From positions 1 through 31,960 of IMG/VR virus record IMGVR_UViG_3300042393_000397: a stretch of DNA of 31,960 bases; one strand, given 5' to 3'. Under the pieces are notes generated by a model. It ran no database searches. It was not told the DNA's origin and was given only the letters and a program-made list of their open reading frames with translations. Below, piece after piece: positions 1 to 7,352 of the stretch. Positions within the stretch are counted from its first letter, which is position 1. Every line of letters begins with the position of its first letter. Source of the DNA: a virus. Taxonomy: Duplodnaviria; Caudoviricetes. The position numbers and the translations under genes are program-made.

Positions 1-176
1 TTATCCTATCAATTGGCACAATCTCAAACTCGTTGCTTTTTATTTCAGTAGTTGAGTCTGTTTTTGTTTGGATTTTAACCGAGTCTGTGACGGTTATCTG
101 TGTTTTAGTTTGCGTTTCGGTGTTACTTTTATTCACTTTACGAGTTCCGCATCCAATCAATAGAAATAATAAAAAT
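1..176. repeat. Terminal direct repeat, left copy (circular-assembly overlap)
   Basis: Identical to 31785-31960 except position 50 (A) vs 31834 (C). Cuts through the spanin CDS. Confidence 0.95.
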
Positions 177-187
177 AAATACTTCAT
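1..187 (-). CDS. 5' part of putative unimolecular spanin; continues across the junction at 31784 down to 31507 (154 aa total)
   Basis: ATG at 187-185 overlaps the TGA of the upstream gene (ATGA). Reads MKYLFLLFLLIGCGTRK..., a lipoprotein signal with lipobox LIGC. Confidence 0.8.
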   Translation of the reverse strand, partial: MKYLFLLFLLIGCGTRKVNKSNTETQTKTQITVTDSVKIQTKTDSTTEIKSNEFEIVPIDRI

Positions 188-1347
188 AAAATATGTGTTA
201 TTCTGGCGATTTGCCCGTTAATTTTGCAATGTAAAAAACCCTCAACAGCTTTTGGTGCGTGTTGATATCCATTTCGGTGATGCCAAGAGTCTGTCCCCGA
301 TGGACTTCTAAGGCTTTCGATGGTTATTCCTGCATAATCTTTGCTCGTTTTGTGGTGAACGTGATGCGTATAAATATAACGATGCTTTGTTTTGCTCCAT
401 TCGATTGGAAATTCAACCGCCATTAACAAAGGCAAATCCATTTGTTTTGCACCATCTCCGTGAGTCGTTCCGATTAGATTATTATAATATTGAAATCCTT
501 TGCGGTGTGCAATTGAAGTGTCAAAAGTTATGTTTTTGCAATCCTTAAAATAAGTTTCAATAACCTGAGCCAGAAAAAATCCGTTTGTATAATCGTGGTT
601 GGAAGGATTGAAAGTAAAATGCACATCCGAAACTCCTAAAAGTATTTCTAAAACGTCAATATACAATTGTTTTGCGATTAAAAAATTACTGTGCCACATT
701 CCGTCGGTGTCTTGAGGAGTTCCACTTGTGGTTGTTCGGTTTGGGTTGTCAATGTGTAAAATGTCATTTCCCCCTATAAATAAAATCTTATCTATATTAA
801 ACGAACTTACTTTTTGCAATATACCTTGCACTCCTTCGAGTACTCTTTTAACTGCGATTTGGTTGTTGTAGTCTTCGCCACTTTCAAACGATGTGCAAAG
901 TTTACCGATGTGGATATCCGCTGGATCAATAACTAATAAATATGAGTCTTTATTTTTAATGCGTTCCAACTTTGGGAACTTTGGCGAATACTCTTGTAAA
1001 TCCTTAATTAATTCGTCACGCAATAACGCAATATTTGAGATTTGACTCTCAATATAATTAGGGTTTTTTACAAATGCGGAAACCTCTTTATTTTTTACCC
1101 ATAAATGTTTGACCGAAGTGGTGTCAATATCGAGTGAGTCGGTTGAGTTATAAATTCCCTCGTAATCGTCTAATAAACGCTTTCGGTTTCTGTGAATATA
1201 TTTTTTTAAGGTCTTAACCTCTTGAGTTGATAACGATAAATTCTCAGATCTAACCAATAAGTTTTTGATGTCTGCAATTCCTAAATTATCGTTCTCGTTT
1301 AATATTGTTTTTAACTGAAAATCAAATTTTGCAAATTTTGAAATCAT
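184..1347 (-). CDS. Calcineurin-like metallophosphoesterase
   Basis: Motifs DIHIG, GNDILH, NPSNHD, THGD, HHVHH match the DxH/GD/GNH/H/GHxH metal-binding pattern. Confidence 0.8.
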   Translation of the reverse strand: MISKFAKFDFQLKTILNENDNLGIADIKNLLVRSENLSLSTQEVKTLKKYIHRNRKRLLDDYEGIYNSTDSLDIDTTSVKHLWVKNKEVSAFVKNPNYIESQISNIALLRDELIKDLQEYSPKFPKLERIKNKDSYLLVIDPADIHIGKLCTSFESGEDYNNQIAVKRVLEGVQGILQKVSSFNIDKILFIGGNDILHIDNPNRTTTSGTPQDTDGMWHSNFLIAKQLYIDVLEILLGVSDVHFTFNPSNHDYTNGFFLAQVIETYFKDCKNITFDTSIAHRKGFQYYNNLIGTTHGDGAKQMDLPLLMAVEFPIEWSKTKHRYIYTHHVHHKTSKDYAGITIESLRSPSGTDSWHHRNGYQHAPKAVEGFLHCKINGQIARITHIL

Positions 1348-1360
1348 ATCTGTTTTTTTA

Positions 1361-1368
1361 CAAATATA
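1361..1368 (-). promoter_or_regulatory. Bacteroidetes-type -7 promoter element (TATATTTG) for phosphoesterase and spanin
   Basis: Matches TAnnTTTG; intergenic, 13 nt before the ATG at 1347. Confidence 0.6.
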
Positions 1369-1380
1369 TAAAATTTTTTA

Positions 1381-1764
1381 TTACGAAATCGTAATTGTTA
1401 TATTTTCAGCCTTTTGCATCTTTTTAAATAATTTATCAAACGCCTTTCGAGATTGCCCGATAAAATCCTGAGAACGTATCAAACCTACCAAAATACACCC
1501 TTCGGTGTCGTGGTTTGAGTTCCCTGAGTGAATGCGTACACCCTCAAAATTAGGCACATTTAAAAGCAAAGGCAATAATCTTTTAAAACGATTAGATTGG
1601 TTTATGATTACTTTATAAGTTCCTTTTGCGATTGCGGTTTCGGATTTTATTTTTACCTCTCTCTCTTTGTCTTCAAGAGTAAAGCACTCAAAAACTCCGT
1701 CAATTGTTAGTTCGCCAATTGTCGAGTTTTCTGTTCGGTGTAATCTTTTAATCCTTATCTCCAT
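1381..1764 (-). CDS. DUF5675-like protein, putative endolysin (L,D-peptidase-like His/Cys motif)
   Basis: STIGELTIDG..CFTLED and IHSGNSNHDTEGCILVG motifs; directly downstream of two membrane proteins. Confidence 0.7.
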   Translation of the reverse strand: MEIRIKRLHRTENSTIGELTIDGVFECFTLEDKEREVKIKSETAIAKGTYKVIINQSNRFKRLLPLLLNVPNFEGVRIHSGNSNHDTEGCILVGLIRSQDFIGQSRKAFDKLFKKMQKAENITITIS

Positions 1765-1915
1765 TTTTTCTATTTTTAAACCAGTCGATTATTTTCATTG
1801 TTGTATATGCTATTGAAACCATCAATAAAACAATTTTCATTCCTGCCTCAATCTTACTTAACGAAATTAAAAACACGCTCGTATTAAGCAAATAAATTTT
1901 TAAATTATCAATCAT
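1748..1915 (-). CDS. 55-aa membrane protein, holin/antiholin-like (not in ORF track)
   Basis: MIDNLKIYLLNTSVFLISLSKIEAGMKIVLLMVSIAYTTMKIIDWFKNRKNGDKD; hydrophobic stretches and charged tail; ATGA overlap with the upstream gene; overlaps the lysin start. Confidence 0.65.
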   Translation of the reverse strand: MIDNLKIYLLNTSVFLISLSKIEAGMKIVLLMVSIAYTTMKIIDWFKNRKNGDKD

Positions 1916-2094
1916 TTTCTTAATCGTTCTACTATGTTAGTAATTCCCTCAATACCAATGTAAGCGGTTGCAATTATAACCCAATCCGATGAGGTTAATT
2001 GACCGCTAAATAAACCCCCACACGCAACGATAAAAACCATTAACTTGCGGGATATCCATTTACTTATTATTATATCAAATTGTTCTTTACTCAT
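1912..2094 (-). CDS. Putative holin (two short TM segments)
   Basis: SRKLMVFIVACGGLFSG and WVIIATAYIGIEGI hydrophobic segments, basic C-terminus, located in the lysis block. Confidence 0.65.
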   Translation of the reverse strand: MSKEQFDIIISKWISRKLMVFIVACGGLFSGQLTSSDWVIIATAYIGIEGITNIVERLRK

Positions 2095-2097
2095 AAT

Positions 2098-2970
2098 TTA
2101 TGCTTTTGTTATTCCTATAAATGGCATTGTTACTGTACTCCAAACTCCCGATGGAAATACCGAGGGTGTTCCACTTGCAAAAGTAGAAATTGCTATATAC
2201 GTGCCAATTGGTTGCCCATTTGTTGCTAAATTTTTAAGAGGTAATAAAGCTGATACTTGTACATTTGATAGCGCACTAGTGCCAGAATTAGTGTGAGCCA
2301 CCATCCAATATTTTGTGCCGCTAATAAAATTAAATGTTACAGTTGCTGTTTTTTTGCCTGTTGTAGATAAATTTAAATCCGCACTTGTATAAAGTAAATT
2401 TTGTGGAATTCCATTATTATCACTATAAATAGATATTCTACCTAACGCACCAGCTGCTAAAGTTGTTACATTAATAAATAAATTTAATGTTGTAATATTT
2501 TGAGCTGGATAATAAAGTGTTGCTGTCATTCTATCTATCGTGTTTACAAGAGATGTTAATGATACTGCATTTACCGTAAAAGAAGTAACCTCGTTGCTTA
2601 TTATAGGTAAAATACTATGAACTCCCTGCAAACCACTACCGCCTCCTCCATTATATTGTGGAATGTTTAGTGTGCTACCTATTAATGTAGATGCTCCACT
2701 TGTACCCGTTGTTGTTAATGTTATAGCAGATTGTTTATTAATAAAAGTATTCCAATCAGAGCCTGATAAATAACCATTAATTCCACTACTTGCTTTAGGA
2801 ATAGATACTGTATTTACAGCTCTAACTAACGGACTTGAAAATGTAAGTGCGTTTTCTTTATTAATATCTAATTCGTCAAAATTCGCATTGGCAACATCAA
2901 ACGCTAAAGCCAATCTCTCGCCTTTACCATCGTTTGTTACCGTACCTATTTCAATATTTTCAATTGCCAT
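2098..2970 (-). CDS. Tail fibre / receptor-binding protein 2
   Basis: N-terminal IGTVTNDGKGE-L-AF-N-NF-EL anchor; fibre-type GYLSGSDWNTF and TTTGTSGASTL segments; beta-rich C-domain. Confidence 0.7.
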   Translation of the reverse strand: MAIENIEIGTVTNDGKGERLALAFDVANANFDELDINKENALTFSSPLVRAVNTVSIPKASSGINGYLSGSDWNTFINKQSAITLTTTGTSGASTLIGSTLNIPQYNGGGGSGLQGVHSILPIISNEVTSFTVNAVSLTSLVNTIDRMTATLYYPAQNITTLNLFINVTTLAAGALGRISIYSDNNGIPQNLLYTSADLNLSTTGKKTATVTFNFISGTKYWMVAHTNSGTSALSNVQVSALLPLKNLATNGQPIGTYIAISTFASGTPSVFPSGVWSTVTMPFIGITKA

Positions 2971-3118
2971 TTTTTAAGTTTTGAATTTCTGCATAAATAG
3001 CTAACAATTCAGCTTCTTTTTGTGCTAAAATTTCATTTTGTGTTAAATCTTCAACTTCTATAAATTGAACATCAATCAATCCATTTTCGTCGTAAATTTC
3101 ATTTCTTACTTGTGCCAT
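2960..3118 (-). CDS. 52-aa acidic coiled-coil protein, possible fibre chaperone (not in ORF track)
   Basis: MAQVRNEIYDENGLIDVQFIEVEDLTQNEILAQKEAELLAIYAEIQNLKNGN fills the gap between two fibre genes. Confidence 0.65.
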   Translation of the reverse strand: MAQVRNEIYDENGLIDVQFIEVEDLTQNEILAQKEAELLAIYAEIQNLKNGN

Positions 3119-3131
3119 ATCTTTTTTTATA

Positions 3132-4547
3132 TTAAACTGTTAACCATACCATTGGTGCGTTTATTCCAGAAACTAAGGTAGTACTTCCAGCCAATGTTGG
3201 TGCTGCTCCAAAATTACAAGGAATTAACCTACCGTAAAAAGTAGTTGATGAGACCGTTGCCGATGCCTCTAATGGGAATAAATTTGTTATAACATATTGC
3301 GAAATCGTATGGTTTCCTTGTAATTGTAAACCTACCCAATAAACATTATAACCTAAAAAAGTATTTATTGTATTATAAACTTTAAATCCACTTGTCGAGC
3401 AATCTAAATTTGTGCTTTCAATTATTTTGTTATTCGGTACATTATTGACATTATCATTATCATAAACCAATATTCTGGCGTTATTTCCAACGGATGTACC
3501 TATTACATTCATTTTTAAAGATGAGATAGTAATATTATGTTTTGGTATAAAAGGCATTAAATAAACTCCAGTAGTTCCTAATGGAGCGGCAGATGTATTT
3601 AAAGCACTTGTTATGGATAAATTGTAAGTACTGCCAACCTTTGGAGGAAATAATATATGATAAGCATCTTTTATGCTTTTATTTTGCCATAATTGAGTCG
3701 TGGAATTATATTGCAATAAATCATTATTTGACAAAGTCAATTCGTTGATATTTACATTATGCAACTCGTTTAATTCATAACCATTATCTACTTTTACAAA
3801 AATAGTACCTTGAGTAATATGCGCGTGTATAACATATCCAATAATAATTAAATGATTTGGAGCAATTGGTTTAATATTTGTAATATTTCCAGCAGTTGTC
3901 GGACTTAAATAAACAATATCTCCATCCGCCCAAGTTTCACCCTGTAAACTTCCCGTTGTATTGATATTTCTTACAAGTCCACTTGTAGTGATAAACCCTT
4001 CTTGGTTATTATTTATCGTCTCGGTCACCAATCCGATTGTCTCCGCGCTTAATACATCGTTTGTCGCTTTAGCCAAATCAATTTTTAAACGTTGCCCTTG
4101 CGCACCTGTCACCCTTACCGCTTGGTAATTAGACTCAAGTAAATTTACATTTGTAGCGGTTTTATTAACCACCCTTAAAACTTGCTCTTGACCTATTTGT
4201 AAAGTAACATTTCCGCCCTTTAATTTTAAATCGAGTGTACCGTCAACATCGTTCCAATACATCGATCCAGCACCTGTTGGAATATTTGTCGGGGTATTAT
4301 CAAATTCAATATTACCAGTTTGTAAACCAAACTCCCCTAAATTTAAGTCTTGAGTCGCACCTGTGTAAGGCACTATTTCGGGTTTATTTTTAATATAATC
4401 TGGCGCGTTTATATCTACTTGAGTCCAATCGCTTTGCACTTGCTCACCAATAACACGATTAACGTTAATAACGTATAGGTTAGGGTTTACAATTATATCG
4501 ACTTGGTCAATAGTTTCCTGTACATTTATATCTATAATATCGCTCAT
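3132..4547 (-). CDS. Tail fibre / receptor-binding protein 1 (likely start MSDIIDINV at 4547, 471 aa)
   Basis: QSDWTQ..APDYIKNKP, PYTGATQDLNLG and NDLLQYNSTTQLWQN fibre-type motifs; start lies 2 nt after the upstream stop. Confidence 0.7.
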   Translation of the reverse strand: MSDIIDINVQETIDQVDIIVNPNLYVINVNRVIGEQVQSDWTQVDINAPDYIKNKPEIVPYTGATQDLNLGEFGLQTGNIEFDNTPTNIPTGAGSMYWNDVDGTLDLKLKGGNVTLQIGQEQVLRVVNKTATNVNLLESNYQAVRVTGAQGQRLKIDLAKATNDVLSAETIGLVTETINNNQEGFITTSGLVRNINTTGSLQGETWADGDIVYLSPTTAGNITNIKPIAPNHLIIIGYVIHAHITQGTIFVKVDNGYELNELHNVNINELTLSNNDLLQYNSTTQLWQNKSIKDAYHILFPPKVGSTYNLSITSALNTSAAPLGTTGVYLMPFIPKHNITISSLKMNVIGTSVGNNARILVYDNDNVNNVPNNKIIESTNLDCSTSGFKVYNTINTFLGYNVYWVGLQLQGNHTISQYVITNLFPLEASATVSSTTFYGRLIPCNFGAAPTLAGSTTLVSGINAPMVWLTV

Positions 4548-4549
4548 TT

Positions 4550-4873
4550 TTATCGTGTTATATCGTCTGTTATTGTAAATAAACCTCCAACCCAAGTGTC
4601 AACCTCGCCACTCTCTTGAGTGATTTGAATGTCATATTTATAATTACACGCTTGGATGTCAATAATTTGCTCATCAATACAAAATTCGCCTTGTAAAGCG
4701 TTTAAAATCGTTAAGGTTGGCTCAAGTGCCACTGGTGCTCCAGCCTCTTTACGAAGTTGTATTTTAATAATCGCATCCGTCAAATCCAAAGGTGCATCGT
4801 TAATGTTAATTTGGAAGTTGGTTTGTTTAAAAGTATCGCCTCTTTTGGTTGTAAAATTTAATGTTGATGACAT
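4550..4873 (-). CDS. BppU N-terminal-like baseplate/fibre adaptor protein
   Basis: RGDTF...PLDLT...YKYDIQIT...G.FTI...ITR pattern. Confidence 0.6.
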   Translation of the reverse strand: MSSTLNFTTKRGDTFKQTNFQININDAPLDLTDAIIKIQLRKEAGAPVALEPTLTILNALQGEFCIDEQIIDIQACNYKYDIQITQESGEVDTWVGGLFTITDDITR

Positions 4874-4886
4874 ATTTATTTATTTT

Positions 4887-5195
4887 TTAATATCCTGAAA
4901 AACTATGCTTTGGATTGTTTGGGAATATTTCGCTTTCAAATACAATTACGTTATCACTCATTACATCATAAGCATATCCGTCAGCGTAAACAGGTTCGGT
5001 AATTACGTTAAAATCTGAATCATAAGTTCCATTTTCTAAAACAATTTTACCAATTTCAACAATAGCTTGAATACCTTGTCCGTAAGATAAAACAATTTCT
5101 TTGTCAAGGTTTTCTACTTCTTTATAAACTCCTTTAGCTAATAAATCAGCTATTGCAGTTTCTTTGTCTTTGTATTGTAATTTATATATTTCCAT
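4887..5195 (-). CDS. Hypothetical acidic protein associated with the fibre gene
   Basis: 102-aa ORF whose start overlaps the stop of 5195..6328. Confidence 0.6.
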   Translation of the reverse strand: MEIYKLQYKDKETAIADLLAKGVYKEVENLDKEIVLSYGQGIQAIVEIGKIVLENGTYDSDFNVITEPVYADGYAYDVMSDNVIVFESEIFPNNPKHSFSGY

Positions 5196-6328
5196 TAGAT
5201 AGTTGTTAAATTAATACATTGTGTATCTGTTAATGCAGTTTTGAATATTAAAGCTGAATTAATTCCGTCCATAGCTTGAAATGCCGATGTTGCACTATTG
5301 CCTAAAAGAACCTCGCCTCTTGATGGAATAGTTCCACTTGTATCAGTAGCTTGTAAAACTCCATTTACATATAATTTAAAATCATTTAATTTATATGTCA
5401 TTGCTATTTTCAACCTCTTTGTAGTGTATACTGATGCACTTTCTGCATTTACTTGTACTCCTGAATTTACAACTTCCATTCCAATTTTATTATTTGCTCT
5501 TGCTAAAATAGCTATGTAAGATGAACTTGAATTTCCTAAAGTTAAATAATATTTAAAAATACCTTCTGCTTCATAATTAACATCAACAAATATAGTCCCC
5601 TCTGTTTGCCCTATTAAACTACTTATTCCTGTTTTAGAAATAACATCAGCGTTACGGGTTACTGTTGATGCAACTGTTGGTATCAGTGAAGTGGCGTATG
5701 AGCCTGCTTCTAATTGACAATTATAAACATAATAATCAATTCCTAAATCCAACTCTTCGTATGCAATAATAACAGAAGTTCCAAGAGTTACATTTTTTGT
5801 GATATTAAATCTTTGCCAATTTGTTGTAACAGCTATACTTATTGTTGTCCTTCCGCTTCCTCCAATATCATTGATTGCAATATTTATGTTTGAAGGTGCT
5901 GAACTTCTGACATAAATTGAATAATTATAAGTTCCAACGCTTAATATAGGTGTAAATCTATATCCATACCCTCCTGTTCCTACTATTTTAGTTGCATTTT
6001 GTGTTCCGTCTGGACTAATTCCAGCGTTTGCAGTTCTTGTTGTTGTGCCATCATTTAACCAATTTGCAATAAAATCGTTTGAAAATATTAACAAATTCGT
6101 TCTCTGTGGCTCTACCAATATACTCGGACAACTTCCGTTTGTGTAATCAATACGAGGTATATTAACTCCAACACTTGAAATTAATCCACTTGAATTTACT
6201 CTCGTTGCTGTTGTAGCACGAACTACATCCATATCACCTAACGTTGTGTTTGGAACTACTGAATATAATTTGCTTTCTTTGTATGCGTTTGGCGTTACAC
6301 AAAGAGAAACTTTATCTAATAAACTCAT
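5195..6328 (-). CDS. Fibre/spike protein with carbohydrate-binding and LamG/ConA-like domains
   Basis: RATTATRVN..G, PRIDY, LVEPQRTNL, QLEAGSYATSLIPT, LYVNG and ALTD motifs typical of phage head/tail fibre lectin modules. Confidence 0.7.
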   Translation of the reverse strand: MSLLDKVSLCVTPNAYKESKLYSVVPNTTLGDMDVVRATTATRVNSSGLISSVGVNIPRIDYTNGSCPSILVEPQRTNLLIFSNDFIANWLNDGTTTRTANAGISPDGTQNATKIVGTGGYGYRFTPILSVGTYNYSIYVRSSAPSNINIAINDIGGSGRTTISIAVTTNWQRFNITKNVTLGTSVIIAYEELDLGIDYYVYNCQLEAGSYATSLIPTVASTVTRNADVISKTGISSLIGQTEGTIFVDVNYEAEGIFKYYLTLGNSSSSYIAILARANNKIGMEVVNSGVQVNAESASVYTTKRLKIAMTYKLNDFKLYVNGVLQATDTSGTIPSRGEVLLGNSATSAFQAMDGINSALIFKTALTDTQCINLTTI

Positions 6329-6486
6329 ATCTTATTTAAATTATTTAGCGTTGTTTTTAGACAATTTTCAGCCTCAAATACTCCGCTATCGGTTGCGACT
6401 CTACTTTTAAATGCTTTTATTAATATACTTGCGAGGCTTGTAAGCAATGAATTTGCTTTACTTAAGCCTAATCCTAACGCTAACAT
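6325..6486 (-). CDS. 53-aa putative virion protein (not in ORF track)
   Basis: MLALGLGLSKANSLLTSLASILIKAFKSRVATDSGVFEAENCLKTTLNNLNKI; start and stop overlap both neighbours; shares a motif with the tail hub protein. Confidence 0.7.
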   Translation of the reverse strand: MLALGLGLSKANSLLTSLASILIKAFKSRVATDSGVFEAENCLKTTLNNLNKI

Positions 6487-6749
6487 TATTGATTTCTTAA
6501 ATAAGCTATAACTTTACCAGTTAAGGAAGTTACCGCCAAGTCCCCATAAACTGACATACCAGCTAATAAAGCAATCGATGCCGATGCGTCTCCCTCTCTG
6601 GTTGATGTGATTGTTATTGTACTATCCTCTAATGCCATAATGGTTGAGAATTTTTCCCCAACTACCGATGCACCTGTTAAAATTCTAAAACCAAAATCTC
6701 CGAATTGAGCAACTTGGTATTCGTGGTCTGTTCTAATGTCTTGACTCAT
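6486..6749 (-). CDS. Small beta-rich putative virion protein
   Basis: 87-aa ORF in the structural block, ending in LTGKVIAY. Confidence 0.6.
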   Translation of the reverse strand: MSQDIRTDHEYQVAQFGDFGFRILTGASVVGEKFSTIMALEDSTITITSTREGDASASIALLAGMSVYGDLAVTSLTGKVIAYLRNQ

Positions 6750-6840
6750 CTTTTTTATTTTTATCGTTATTTATTTGCTTTTGTAAGAATAGTTTTAATT
6801 TTTTAATATTTTCCTCGGTACGTTTGTCTGTTTTTCTCAT
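6733..6840 (-). CDS. 35-aa basic protein (not in ORF track)
   Basis: MRKTDKRTEENIKKLKLFLQKQINNDKNKKDESRH; starts 2 nt after the adaptor stop and fills the gap. Confidence 0.5.
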   Translation of the reverse strand: MRKTDKRTEENIKKLKLFLQKQINNDKNKKDESRH

Positions 6841-6842
6841 TT

Positions 6843-7352
6843 TTAATATGGTTTATCGAGCCACCATTTACCACATACCATTTTTGAGCGTAAAGGGTTT
6901 ACTATATTATTTGAGTCGCTTACATATTCTGGCAAATGAAATTTAGTTAACCAACGGCTCATTCTGTCTTGGTACATTTCCGCTTTTAATCGCATATTAT
7001 TAACCAAGTAATCAACTTCGGTTTTATCAATTGCAACCGAGTTCTCAGGTTGAGTTTTAAATATACCATTATTATTGATTTTGTATGCACCGATTAACAA
7101 ATATTCCACCGCGCTTTGATAAATTAAAAAAGGTTTTATATAATCCTCATATAAAATTAAGTAATCGTCAACCAAATCGTCGTTGTCGAAATCGTCGCAA
7201 ATCTTTTGGTACAAAGTTTCGCCTAAAATCTCCTCTAATTTTGTACGTTGAGCGTCGGCAATGCAGGGGATGTATAAATCAATATCTATATTTCCCCCCA
7301 AAGGAGTGTTTTTAGTTAACTCGTTTTCTTTTAGTAGTATAATAGTTGCCAT
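6843..7352 (-). CDS. Putative head-tail adaptor
   Basis: Helical 169-aa protein abutting the portal gene; LGGNID..P.I..AQ..LG..LY pattern. Confidence 0.55.
   Translation of the reverse strand: MATIILLKENELTKNTPLGGNIDIDLYIPCIADAQRTKLEEILGETLYQKICDDFDNDDLVDDYLILYEDYIKPFLIYQSAVEYLLIGAYKINNNGIFKTQPENSVAIDKTEVDYLVNNMRLKAEMYQDRMSRWLTKFHLPEYVSDSNNIVNPLRSKMVCGKWWLDKPY

Noticed and set aside
2098-6328. Diversity-generating retroelement or invertible fibre switch
   Set aside because: No reverse transcriptase or invertase, and no near-identical nucleotide repeats were seen; the fibre similarity is only at diverged protein level.
6325-6340. Frameshift fusing the 53-aa ORF to the lectin fibre
   Set aside because: The junction is an ordinary ATGA overlap without a clear slippery heptamer.
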